From IMG/VR virus record IMGVR_UViG_3300032267_001484: a stretch of 64,000 bases of DNA, one strand, 5' to 3'. The first letter of the stretch is position 1. Each line of letters begins with the position of its first letter. This DNA comes from a virus. The notes under the pieces are model-generated. The model searched no databases and had not been told where the DNA came from. It worked only from the letters and a program-made list of their open reading frames with translations. A program made the position numbers and the translations under genes. Of this stretch, positions 8,808 through 19,462 are shown piece by piece.

Positions 8808-8947
8808 AAATAGCAGTATTCTTTCCATTCCTTGCTTCGTCCTGTAATAAAGTTATATGGTCTGTCTTTAAGACCTAATCCAATATAAAATACTTCTCCT
8901 GTTATTGGATTAGAATGTTGGTATATACAATGCAGTGTTTTTTTCAT
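8804..8947 (-). pseudogene. truncated GIY-YIG homing endonuclease remnant overlapping the queD 3' end
   Basis: Hand translation MKKTLHCIYQHSNPITGEVFYIGLGLKDRPYNFITGRSKEWKEYCYL*: a GIY-YIG N-terminal signature that stops after 47 aa. Confidence 0.65.
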
Positions 8948-9374
8948 GTTCTCTTACTTCCACTTGTTTTATTTTAACTCTTCCATTGGAGTCACTTATA
9001 ACCCATGGATTAAGTTTACTATAAATATATTCAGCAAACTTCTCACACCCAACAGCTGGAATTATTCTTAGCTGAATGATACCTAATTGGTCCATGGTTT
9101 TAAATCCCCCCAAGCCAGGGTCATCTTCAGCTACAATTGTAGTATGATCAAACATATAATCCATCCATTCTTTAGGGCTCAATCCATCTATTTTATATTG
9201 TGAGCGCTTAGCATGTCCAAAATCCCAAACCCAATTACGTTCATCGAGTTCGCCTTCGAACCATACTCTGAATGATATTCCATAACCGTGGAGGAATCTG
9301 CAATGTGTTCCTTCTGCCTTCCATTGACGAAACACTGTACTATAACCGTCAAATAATTTAGTTGATTGAAACAT
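8910..9374 (-). CDS. queD: 6-carboxy-5,6,7,8-tetrahydropterin synthase
   Basis: HCRFLHGY, WVWDFG, FDHT, GCEKFAE, VEVREHEKN. Confidence 0.9.
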   Translation of the reverse strand: MFQSTKLFDGYSTVFRQWKAEGTHCRFLHGYGISFRVWFEGELDERNWVWDFGHAKRSQYKIDGLSPKEWMDYMFDHTTIVAEDDPGLGGFKTMDQLGIIQLRIIPAVGCEKFAEYIYSKLNPWVISDSNGRVKIKQVEVREHEKNTALYIPTF

Positions 9375-9375
9375 A

Positions 9376-9565
9376 TTAATCTTTTTTTACATTAATTGAG
9401 GGTCTAAAAAGAATTGTACAAAGGATATTTAAACCAATTGCTTGCCAAAATGTAACTTCAGATAACCCAAATAGTTCAGGCATTAACCAATTCCATAACA
9501 ACATAACCGGGTAACCCAACAACACTACTATAATGGCTATTGTTCCAAAGAAGAGTGCGATTGCT

Positions 9566-9582
<17 letters not shown>
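9376..9582 (-). CDS. small membrane protein
   Basis: Hydrophobic, LWNWLMPELFGL..TFWQAIGL. Confidence 0.7.
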
Positions 9583-11802
<2,220 letters not shown>

Positions 11803-11864
11803 TGTTTGTTTTTTAAATAAATAATTTGATAAAATTGTAGTTATAAATATAGTATATACCGTAA

Positions 11865-13241
11865 TTAGCTTTCAAGTCTAAAAAACTTCTTTTGAAGCAT
11901 TTGTCTTTCTTCAACGTCAACACTTGAAAAGTCATTTACAGGTTTACCATTAGAAGTTGTTTCAATATCATCATCATCAATCGGATTAGAATCTACTTCA
12001 ATAAATCCATTTGATGTGTTGATTTTGGTTTTAAAGGTCATTCCATCGGCTCCATATCTATTTTTCATAATATGAAAACGACCTGTGCCCTCAATTTTAT
12101 CTTTACGTTTACGAGCTAAGGATATAATAATATCACCAATCATAATTTTTTCATATGATCCAGCTGCATTATCACCTTCAATAATATCTGATTTAGCAGC
12201 ACCTCTATTTGCTTGAGATGGTGATATCAGAGGTATACCTTTTTCTTTAGCAAATGCTTTAGCAGCAACATAAACATCGTCAATTTCTTCTTTACGATCT
12301 TTTCTAGAACGTGTACGCATGTAATCCAAATAGTCTATAATGATCATATCTGGTTTAAATTCGTTTTGATGTTCTAGTTGCTGGAGGTGTGCTTCGATTG
12401 TATCGAATGATGCTCTTTTAGGTGGATATTCTTTAATAATAACCTTACCTTTTACTTTACCTACTATTTCATCTACTTCTTTACGGTGTAGATGAAGTTT
12501 ATCTACCTCAATACCAGAGAAGATAGCATCGTAGCGTTTACCAACATATCCTTCACCTAATTCAAGTGAATAATGTACTACATTATACCCTAATGCTGCT
12601 GCATAAGCACCCATTGCTGATATAGCCCATGATTTACCCCCACCTGGATTGCCAAACATAAGTACTAAATCACCTTTACCATACCCACCTTGAGTTAATT
12701 CGTTAAATGTAGCCCAAGGGAATGGAATTGTGTTTCTATCATCTTCACGGTATCTAGCTTCAATATCTAGATTGTAATCTAGACCTACAGTTTTGTCTTC
12801 ACCCGACTTTACTGCTTTACTAATTAATTGAAGGATACTATCAAAATCGTTTACTTCGAGTAGTTGTACTGAATTTAGAATTGCTGTTTTAACTTGTTGG
12901 TTACGACAGAATGAACTAAATTCGGCTTCAACCCACTCAATATCACGCTGATCAGCCATTTTATAGGCATCTTTAAGTGCTTCTACGATTGATATCCTTA
13001 ATACTTCATTTTCAATCTTTTTCACCTCAATAGACATTGTTTCTACTGTTGGTGTAGTATGATATTCTGAGAAGTATTTTTGAATGTATTCAACAACCCA
13101 TTTATGTGCTGATGATTCAAAATATTCTGAGTCTAGTGAATCAATAATATTGATTAGAAACTGTCGTTGTGTTAGGAGAGCACCCAATACTTTAATTTGG
13201 AATGCTGACCCGTATTGATTTAATTTACTTAATGTTGTGAT
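11865..13241 (-). CDS. DnaB-like replicative helicase (T4 gp41-like); probable ATC start at 13241
   Basis: Walker A GNPGGGKS, IIIDYLD, SQANR, KNRYG. The frame is open 18 codons upstream of the TTG at 13187, to an ATC 4 nt after AAAGGAGGT. Confidence 0.93.
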   Translation of the reverse strand: MTTLSKLNQYGSAFQIKVLGALLTQRQFLINIIDSLDSEYFESSAHKWVVEYIQKYFSEYHTTPTVETMSIEVKKIENEVLRISIVEALKDAYKMADQRDIEWVEAEFSSFCRNQQVKTAILNSVQLLEVNDFDSILQLISKAVKSGEDKTVGLDYNLDIEARYREDDRNTIPFPWATFNELTQGGYGKGDLVLMFGNPGGGKSWAISAMGAYAAALGYNVVHYSLELGEGYVGKRYDAIFSGIEVDKLHLHRKEVDEIVGKVKGKVIIKEYPPKRASFDTIEAHLQQLEHQNEFKPDMIIIDYLDYMRTRSRKDRKEEIDDVYVAAKAFAKEKGIPLISPSQANRGAAKSDIIEGDNAAGSYEKIMIGDIIISLARKRKDKIEGTGRFHIMKNRYGADGMTFKTKINTSNGFIEVDSNPIDDDDIETTSNGKPVNDFSSVDVEERQMLQKKFFRLES

Positions 13242-13245
13242 AGGT

Positions 13246-13254
13246 ACCTCCTTT
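13246..13254 (-). promoter_or_regulatory. strong Shine-Dalgarno AAAGGAGGT
   Basis: Only such leader noticed in the window; precedes the in-frame ATC of the helicase. Confidence 0.7.
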
Positions 13255-13268
13255 ATTTTATAACCTTA

Positions 13269-13949
13269 TTAATTGTATTTCCACATAAATCCACCTGCTG
13301 TCTTTGCTAGTCCTGTTACTACGTTTTTGATTCCTTTTATACCAGTTTCATTTCTAGCTTCAGTAATAGATTTATATTCTTTTAATATATTGTTGTTTTT
13401 ATCTAATTGTATTACAGGTTTAGATTTAACTTCAATACATTTTTGTCTATTATTTTTAATATTCAAACACCAATCTAAATTATGTTTTTTGCCTATCCTA
13501 ACTAAAGATATATTCTTTCTATGTTGTTCACTTTTAGGTTTATTATAATTTCCATGCTCACTTCCTTGTTTATAATTTAATGATGTTAAACCAATTCTAC
13601 CTTTACTAATTTTATCACCGTGATTTAAAGCAATACCTTTTTTAGCTTTGCTTATTTTTTCTTTTGTTTCTTCAGATAATCCTGAATTTCCAAAGGGTTT
13701 ATTTGTTTTATTATAGAAATTAGGATTATTTTCAACATCATAATAATTTAACCAGTATGTTTCTCGTTCTATAAGATGATTAATACTATCACAGTGTTCA
13801 ATTATTTCTTTTTTAAAACTATGTTTACCATATTCTTTAATAGCAATCTTTAAATCAGCACCAGAACCAATATAATTAGGATCATTATTTTTGTCTTTAC
13901 CTATATACTGTTTACCAGTAATTAGATTTGTTGTTTTATATATTACCAT
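13269..13949 (-). mobile_element. free-standing GIY-YIG homing endonuclease (Seg/I-TevI-like, NUMOD3 + NUMOD1)
   Basis: VIYKTTNLITGKQYIGK..YIGSG, LSEETKEKISKAKKG, KSEQHRKNIS, YKSITEARNETGI..KTAGGFMW. Confidence 0.92.
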
Positions 13950-14000
13950 AATATTATTTATAATAAATATATGACAATACTAGATAAATTAAATCCTATA

Positions 14001-14225
14001 TTATTCTTTGTTATAAGTTTCGTTATAATATTGTTCTGCTTCTGATATTCTTGATTCTAGGCTAAAATGAGGGGTTTTTTGTCCATTTATATTAGCATTA
14101 GTTATCTGCTCTTTTTCCATTGCTTTGGCTTGTTGAATAGCATTATATGTTGTTGCGTCATATTTAGCCATTGCTTTTGGTATTAGTTGTTCAACTAACC
14201 AATCTACTGCTGTTTGTTGTACCAT
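14001..14225 (-). CDS. hypothetical protein
   Basis: QTAVDWLVEQL...QAKAMEKEQI small phage protein. Confidence 0.65.
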   Translation of the reverse strand: MVQQTAVDWLVEQLIPKAMAKYDATTYNAIQQAKAMEKEQITNANINGQKTPHFSLESRISEAEQYYNETYNKE

Positions 14226-14252
14226 ATTTTATTTAATTTTTATAACCTAAAT

Positions 14253-15284
14253 TTATTTGAAAGAATTTGGATAACCAAATAGTTGAGTTAACCACGATTG
14301 TACATTAGGAATACTTTCTCCTAATTTATCATTATGATATAATTGCAAAAATATAGGTATATTTAATTCATAAGAATTAGTAAATGCTTGTTTAACTAAC
14401 TGTTTGTTATCCGGTGATAAAAAATCTCCATCCAAAGACATCAGCCTTCTATTAATTTCTAGTTGATGTCTTCTTTCTACAACAGATAGATATAATTTAT
14501 TTTCATTGATTAGTTCAGCGGATTTTTCTATTATACTCTCTAAAGTAACCCTATTACCTGTTAACTCAGGAAACAGCTTGATTATTTTTTTAGGACCTAA
14601 ACCACTAATACCAGGAACATTATCAGATTGATCACCTAACAATATTTTGTAGTTGATAAAATTATTACAACTAACACCATATTCTTCTTTTACTTCTTTA
14701 GGTGTGTATGTTTTCTTTTTAGTAGGAGAATAACAATGAACTTTATTACTTACTAATTGTAAGAAGTCCTTATCAGCAGACATAATAGTTACTTTTTGAG
14801 TTTCTTCATGTGGCTCAAATTTAGTAGCTACATATCCAATAATATCATCTGCTTCTAGTCCATCAATACTAATTACAGTTACAGGTAGGCATTTTAAATA
14901 TTGAACCAATCTTTCCATTTGGTTACTGATGCTTTCCTGTTCTTCATCCTTAGAACTAAAAATATCATAATTAGTAATACGGCTCGTATTACGATTTGTT
15001 TTATAATCAGGGAATAAGTTACGTCTAGCATTTGAACCTCCTACGCCATCAAATACAATGACAATTTTAGTTGGGTCTACCATTCTGATAGCATAACCAA
15101 CTGATTTTAAAAACCCGGTAAGACCACCTATGTGGTGGCCATCCGGGTTTATGTGGTTTACCATAGTGAAGTTTCTCAAAAAGGTATTGAGACCGTCTAT
15201 GATTAAAATTGAATTGAGTTCTTTGCGTATATCAGGTTGGATGTTAGAGAGTAATTCTTGGTATTTACTCGACATCAGCTTCAA
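14253..15284 (-). CDS. 5'-3' exonuclease / flap endonuclease (PolI N-terminal or T4 RNase H-like)
   Basis: LIIDGLN, VFDG, YKTNR, EADDIIG, SADKDFLQL, GDQSDNVPGISGLGPK. Confidence 0.93.
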   Translation of the reverse strand: MKLMSSKYQELLSNIQPDIRKELNSILIIDGLNTFLRNFTMVNHINPDGHHIGGLTGFLKSVGYAIRMVDPTKIVIVFDGVGGSNARRNLFPDYKTNRNTSRITNYDIFSSKDEEQESISNQMERLVQYLKCLPVTVISIDGLEADDIIGYVATKFEPHEETQKVTIMSADKDFLQLVSNKVHCYSPTKKKTYTPKEVKEEYGVSCNNFINYKILLGDQSDNVPGISGLGPKKIIKLFPELTGNRVTLESIIEKSAELINENKLYLSVVERRHQLEINRRLMSLDGDFLSPDNKQLVKQAFTNSYELNIPIFLQLYHNDKLGESIPNVQSWLTQLFGYPNSFK

Positions 15285-16344
15285 TTACGTCTTTAATATT
15301 TTCGTTCATTTCATCTTCTTCAACAATATCAAAGTCAGTTGAACCAAGAATTTGGAGCCAATTACTAGAATTAGCCTTTTTATACTCGTCAATTGCTTTT
15401 TTATCATCTTCAATAAATCCGTGAACGGTCATTACTGTTGTACCTTTTGTTTGCACTCCGGTAATGTGATTCTTGTCTACTGAGATTTTGGTGCGTTTAG
15501 CAAACTCAACATCTTTACCATTCTTAGTTGCTTTGATTTTACTTGTACCACTATTGGTTACATTACCAAATGTTACTACAAGTGATGAATCAAAGAACAT
15601 AGTATCACCGCCTTTATTTTTAATTTTAGGCATTTCCATTGGTACTGATGGTTTAGCTACCCATACTTTATTTACAGCAATAAACGTATTCGTATACGGT
15701 TTATTTTCTTTACGTGATAGCGTAATTTGCTGATTGATAAAATTACCAAATGTTTGAGACATTGCTCCAGCGTTCCATTCGTTGTTATTGCTAGATTTTT
15801 CAACACTTAATCTACATGGAATAGATCCAACTGAGTCCCATAGGAAGCAGATATCATATGGTAGTTTGCCTTTGGCTTGTTCATTTAGTAAATCAGCCAT
15901 AAACGCACCTACATCTTCAATTGTGTTAAGTGAGCCTCTGTCTACATAAATAAAGAATCCTTTATAATCTGTAATTTCACCTGTTTCTTCATTAACTACA
16001 GGTTGCATTTCAAATCCCATTGTTTGAGCATGTTCCCAATTCCATTTCATTTCAGTAACAATAAACACAGGCAATATACCCATCTTTTGTGCTGCTACTG
16101 CTGCTTCAAGCATGGCTGTTGTTTTGCCGGTATCCGAGTGACCACGTAACAAAGTTATGTGGCCCATCGGAATGCCAGGCAATGACAGTACATCTTGGAA
16201 TGCTTTAGAAAGCGGAATCCAGCGTTGTGGTTTGAACTTAACAGACTGATCTAGAAATTTGGATTTTTTAAACGAGTCAATGTCGAATGACTTTTTAAGT
16301 GACTCAGATACCACTGACGTTAAACTGTCTTTACTTTTTGCCAT
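15265..16344 (-). CDS. RecA/UvsX-like recombinase
   Basis: Walker A GHSDTGKTT, Walker B FLWDSVG, KGG. Confidence 0.88.
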   Translation of the reverse strand: MAKSKDSLTSVVSESLKKSFDIDSFKKSKFLDQSVKFKPQRWIPLSKAFQDVLSLPGIPMGHITLLRGHSDTGKTTAMLEAAVAAQKMGILPVFIVTEMKWNWEHAQTMGFEMQPVVNEETGEITDYKGFFIYVDRGSLNTIEDVGAFMADLLNEQAKGKLPYDICFLWDSVGSIPCRLSVEKSSNNNEWNAGAMSQTFGNFINQQITLSRKENKPYTNTFIAVNKVWVAKPSVPMEMPKIKNKGGDTMFFDSSLVVTFGNVTNSGTSKIKATKNGKDVEFAKRTKISVDKNHITGVQTKGTTVMTVHGFIEDDKKAIDEYKKANSSNWLQILGSTDFDIVEEDEMNENIKDVIEADVE

Positions 16345-16346
16345 TA

Positions 16347-17171
16347 TTAGTCGTTAAATAGGTCATTAAATTTATCTGCATTGCTTGTTTTAGCAGGTGC
16401 TGTTTCGAGTGAATAAGCAGGTGTTACTGATTTATTCATCTCAGCAATAAAATCATCACTACTTTCTACTTTAGGTGCAGATGGGGTTTCAGATGTTGAT
16501 TCATCTTCAGGATTTAACCACTTAGTCAACACTTCTTTAAGTTGATCATAAGAATATTTACGATTAATAGCAAGGATATCAGGTTGTTCTTCAAGTGCTT
16601 TTTCTACCAAGGTAGCATCTTCAGAAATTGGAGTTGATTTTACTTTAGGACGAAGAGTACATTTAATACCTTTCCTACCAGCAACCATATCTTCAGTTGC
16701 TTCGATTGTAAAATCACGACCATCAGTGATGTCTGTAAAATCACCATAATCATCATCAGCAGCGATGCCAAGAAGTTGATCATGAGTCAATTTACCAAAT
16801 TCCCACAAACGAGCACCCAAATGTTCTTCACCACGTACTAGTACAGCTGCAAAGAAACGAGATTTAGGACTAATTTTGTTTGCCAATTGCCAATCTTCTT
16901 TATCAGATGACTTACGAAGATTTTTAGCGAAATCAGCAATTGGATCAGCTTCTTGCCAATTGGTAAGAGCCAAAATTGGTCCTTTAGCAAACCCATAATG
17001 GAATTGTACTTCGCGGATAGGCCATGACTTATCATACTTGTTAGGTAGGATACGTACTTGATACTTACCGGCTTTTGGTTTAAAGAAAATTTTACTGTAA
17101 TCAATTTTTTCACGTTGTTGCCCTTTGTTTTGAGCAGCGGCTAACTTCTGCTTTACCAGATTAAGATCCAT
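16347..17171 (-). CDS. single-stranded DNA-binding protein (T4 gp32-like)
   Basis: FFKP..G..QVRILP, LWEFGK, DFTDITDGRDF, acidic tail KFNDLFND; adjacent to the recombinase. Confidence 0.85.
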   Translation of the reverse strand: MDLNLVKQKLAAAQNKGQQREKIDYSKIFFKPKAGKYQVRILPNKYDKSWPIREVQFHYGFAKGPILALTNWQEADPIADFAKNLRKSSDKEDWQLANKISPKSRFFAAVLVRGEEHLGARLWEFGKLTHDQLLGIAADDDYGDFTDITDGRDFTIEATEDMVAGRKGIKCTLRPKVKSTPISEDATLVEKALEEQPDILAINRKYSYDQLKEVLTKWLNPEDESTSETPSAPKVESSDDFIAEMNKSVTPAYSLETAPAKTSNADKFNDLFND

Positions 17172-17190
17172 AACTATTATAATTTAGAAT

Positions 17191-17222
17191 TAAATATAAG
17201 ATTTTTTGTTTGGACAACCAAA
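17191..17222 (-). promoter_or_regulatory. Bacteroidota-type promoter TTTG-N20-TATATTTA
   Basis: TTTGGTTGTC-N14-TATATTTA; the same architecture occurs at 34820-34851. Confidence 0.6.
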
Positions 17223-17226
17223 CTTC

Positions 17227-17961
17227 TTAAGACTGAGCAGCCATTTTTACTTTATCTGCTTTGGAGCCAATTATTTCCCCTGCATCTTTTCTATCGTCTA
17301 TTGCAATATTGAATAGGGAATTAGTGTCTGTATTTCCTTGCCTAATTTCTCTCTTTATAGAGTTGGCGAATTTTCTAAACCATCCTGGTCCATTCCATGT
17401 AGCATAAGCGAAATGGAAGAACAATCTAGGATCAGATTTAATTATTTGTTGTTCTTTGGGACTGAAGTGTACTTTAAAAAGTCTTTCAAATTCAGGTTCC
17501 ATCATCTGGGAGGCTAGGTCTTGTAATTGTCCTTTTATTTCACCTCCGTCATAATATCTTGTCCATTTTTCAGGATTTTTCTTTTTATTAGCATCGATTA
17601 ACTCCCAAAACTTCCTACCAGCATCCGATGTATTTAATTTACCACCTGTTTTTCTATCAATGCCAAACATAGTTTCGCCTGATTTGCTAAATACTCGTTT
17701 TTCACGTTTGTTAGTTAATTGAGATGGATTAACATATGCTCCTTCTAGACTATCGATAACGCTTTTAGTAGCTTTATTAAATTCAGATTGAACACTTACT
17801 ATTTTTTCATCAGGAGCTTTATCACGATTTAAATAAGTTAAACCTCCAGCGGCAGCAGCTGCTGCAAACATAGGAGCCATAATTTTTGATTTCCAATTTG
17901 CTTCATCAACTTGTTGTTGCTCTTCTAAAACTTGATTAGCTATGTCTAGTAGTTTGATCAT
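17227..17961 (-). CDS. GH108-like lysozyme with an N-terminal hydrophobic segment
   Basis: LEGAY...SGETMFGID resembles the GH108 EGGY..GGETxxGI motif. Confidence 0.65.
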   Translation of the reverse strand: MIKLLDIANQVLEEQQQVDEANWKSKIMAPMFAAAAAAGGLTYLNRDKAPDEKIVSVQSEFNKATKSVIDSLEGAYVNPSQLTNKREKRVFSKSGETMFGIDRKTGGKLNTSDAGRKFWELIDANKKKNPEKWTRYYDGGEIKGQLQDLASQMMEPEFERLFKVHFSPKEQQIIKSDPRLFFHFAYATWNGPGWFRKFANSIKREIRQGNTDTNSLFNIAIDDRKDAGEIIGSKADKVKMAAQS

Positions 17962-18311
17962 TAAGAAATTGTTAAATTAAAATTACCAGTTCCTTTTAAA
18001 TAGTATGTAGTTCCAATAACATTAGACGTTGGAGTAAATGTTAAAGATGAAACACCAACAGGAATAATAACAGAAGCAATATATGGAGATGAAACAAATT
18101 CCATAGAAGCAGGTACAACCCAAGCCCCTTCAGTATTTTTTGGAGAAGAACCACTAACATAAAACCCATCAGGATTAGGTATTGTTTCTATAGTAAAATA
18201 GTTAACAGTATTTCCTGAATTGGTGAAGGTAAATGTTTTTAATCCTGCTGCTGTGAAATTTTCACCTAATGTTCCTTGTCCAGATAGTTGTGCTGCTGTA
18301 TAAGTTGCCAT
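17961..18311 (-). CDS. hypothetical beta-rich (virion?) protein
   Basis: Thr/Ser-rich; coupled to both neighbours. Confidence 0.65.
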   Translation of the reverse strand: MATYTAAQLSGQGTLGENFTAAGLKTFTFTNSGNTVNYFTIETIPNPDGFYVSGSSPKNTEGAWVVPASMEFVSSPYIASVIIPVGVSSLTFTPTSNVIGTTYYLKGTGNFNLTIS

Positions 18312-18727
18312 TATTTATTAAGGTCTATAATTTTATAAATAGCAGTGTCTAATTTACGCAATTCAGGGCCAGTATTAAGTAATATACAGTTTTTATAATC
18401 AGCCCAATTAATAATATATTTGGTATCTAGTATACCACCATTTAATTGTCTAATCAATGCATTGAGTGCATTAATAGTATATAGTGTATTACTTTCCTTT
18501 TTACGATGCAATAGAATAGTATTAGGCAATGGATCTTCAGATACATTACCTGTATCGATGTTATAAGTACACATCAATTCCTTACTTTGAGGTGATTCAA
18601 GAATGAATACCTTGTTGTAAAGTATTGTATAGCGACGATTTATATTGCTAACTGTTGCTTCTAGCTCGTCTTGTGTAGTAAAGGTGCAGAATAATTTATT
18701 CATTAAAAGATCTGAGTTGAATAGCAT
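18311..18727 (-). CDS. hypothetical phage protein (start uncertain: 18781, 18727 or 18703)
   Basis: NKLFCTFT...HRKKESNTLYTINALN; the ATATTTAT at 18738-18745 favours a downstream start. Confidence 0.75.
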   Translation of the reverse strand: MLFNSDLLMNKLFCTFTTQDELEATVSNINRRYTILYNKVFILESPQSKELMCTYNIDTGNVSEDPLPNTILLHRKKESNTLYTINALNALIRQLNGGILDTKYIINWADYKNCILLNTGPELRKLDTAIYKIIDLNK

Positions 18728-18735
18728 CTCATTAC

Positions 18736-19431
18736 TTATAAATATGTCTGGAGTAAGGATAAATGATGTTTTTTGATCCATTGTATTGTTTCGTTTAGGT
18801 ATGTTTTATTAATGTTAAATTTTATATATTTATTTTTTACTTTTCTGTTTTCTTCTTTAGATAATGGATACAAGTTTCTTAAATCATTTATTATAGAGGG
18901 GGGAGTGTTTGGTTCAAACCAACTTACAGGTATATTGTGATGTACTTCCCACTCTCCTATATTATTCCAGTTCATCCAAGATTCAAATAATGATTCTATG
19001 TGGTTTTTTAAATCATTACTTGTATAATCTACTCTATCATCGTTAATGTCATTCAAACATCGTCTCTTAATATTCAAACATATTAAAACATGAGGATTAT
19101 CTCTATAATATTGCTTTTTGTATGCTTTTTGATATTGTTTATAATAGTCTTCATTTTCGTATACCCATTCCTTTATATATTTAGCTTGTTTTAATTTTAT
19201 TTCTGGTTTGTTTCTATATTGTTTTAGTTTGGGTAATATTATGTTTTTATTGTTATGGTAATAGTTATTTACTTGTTGTTTTATATTTTCATTATTATCA
19301 ATGTATATCTTTTTATTATTGTCACTAACACATTGTTTGCACCATACATGATAACCATCTACTTTATTTTTATTTTTATTAAATTCAGTTAGTGGTTTAA
19401 TAATATTGCACTTATTACATATTCTATCCAT
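18736..19431 (-). mobile_element. free-standing HNH-like homing endonuclease
   Basis: N-terminal CNKC/WCKQC zinc finger, LKNHIESLFESWMNWNN.GEWEVHHNIP, NLYPL..EN. Confidence 0.85.
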
Positions 19432-19462
19432 GCGTATAAATATATGAAGGGTGCAGAAGAAC

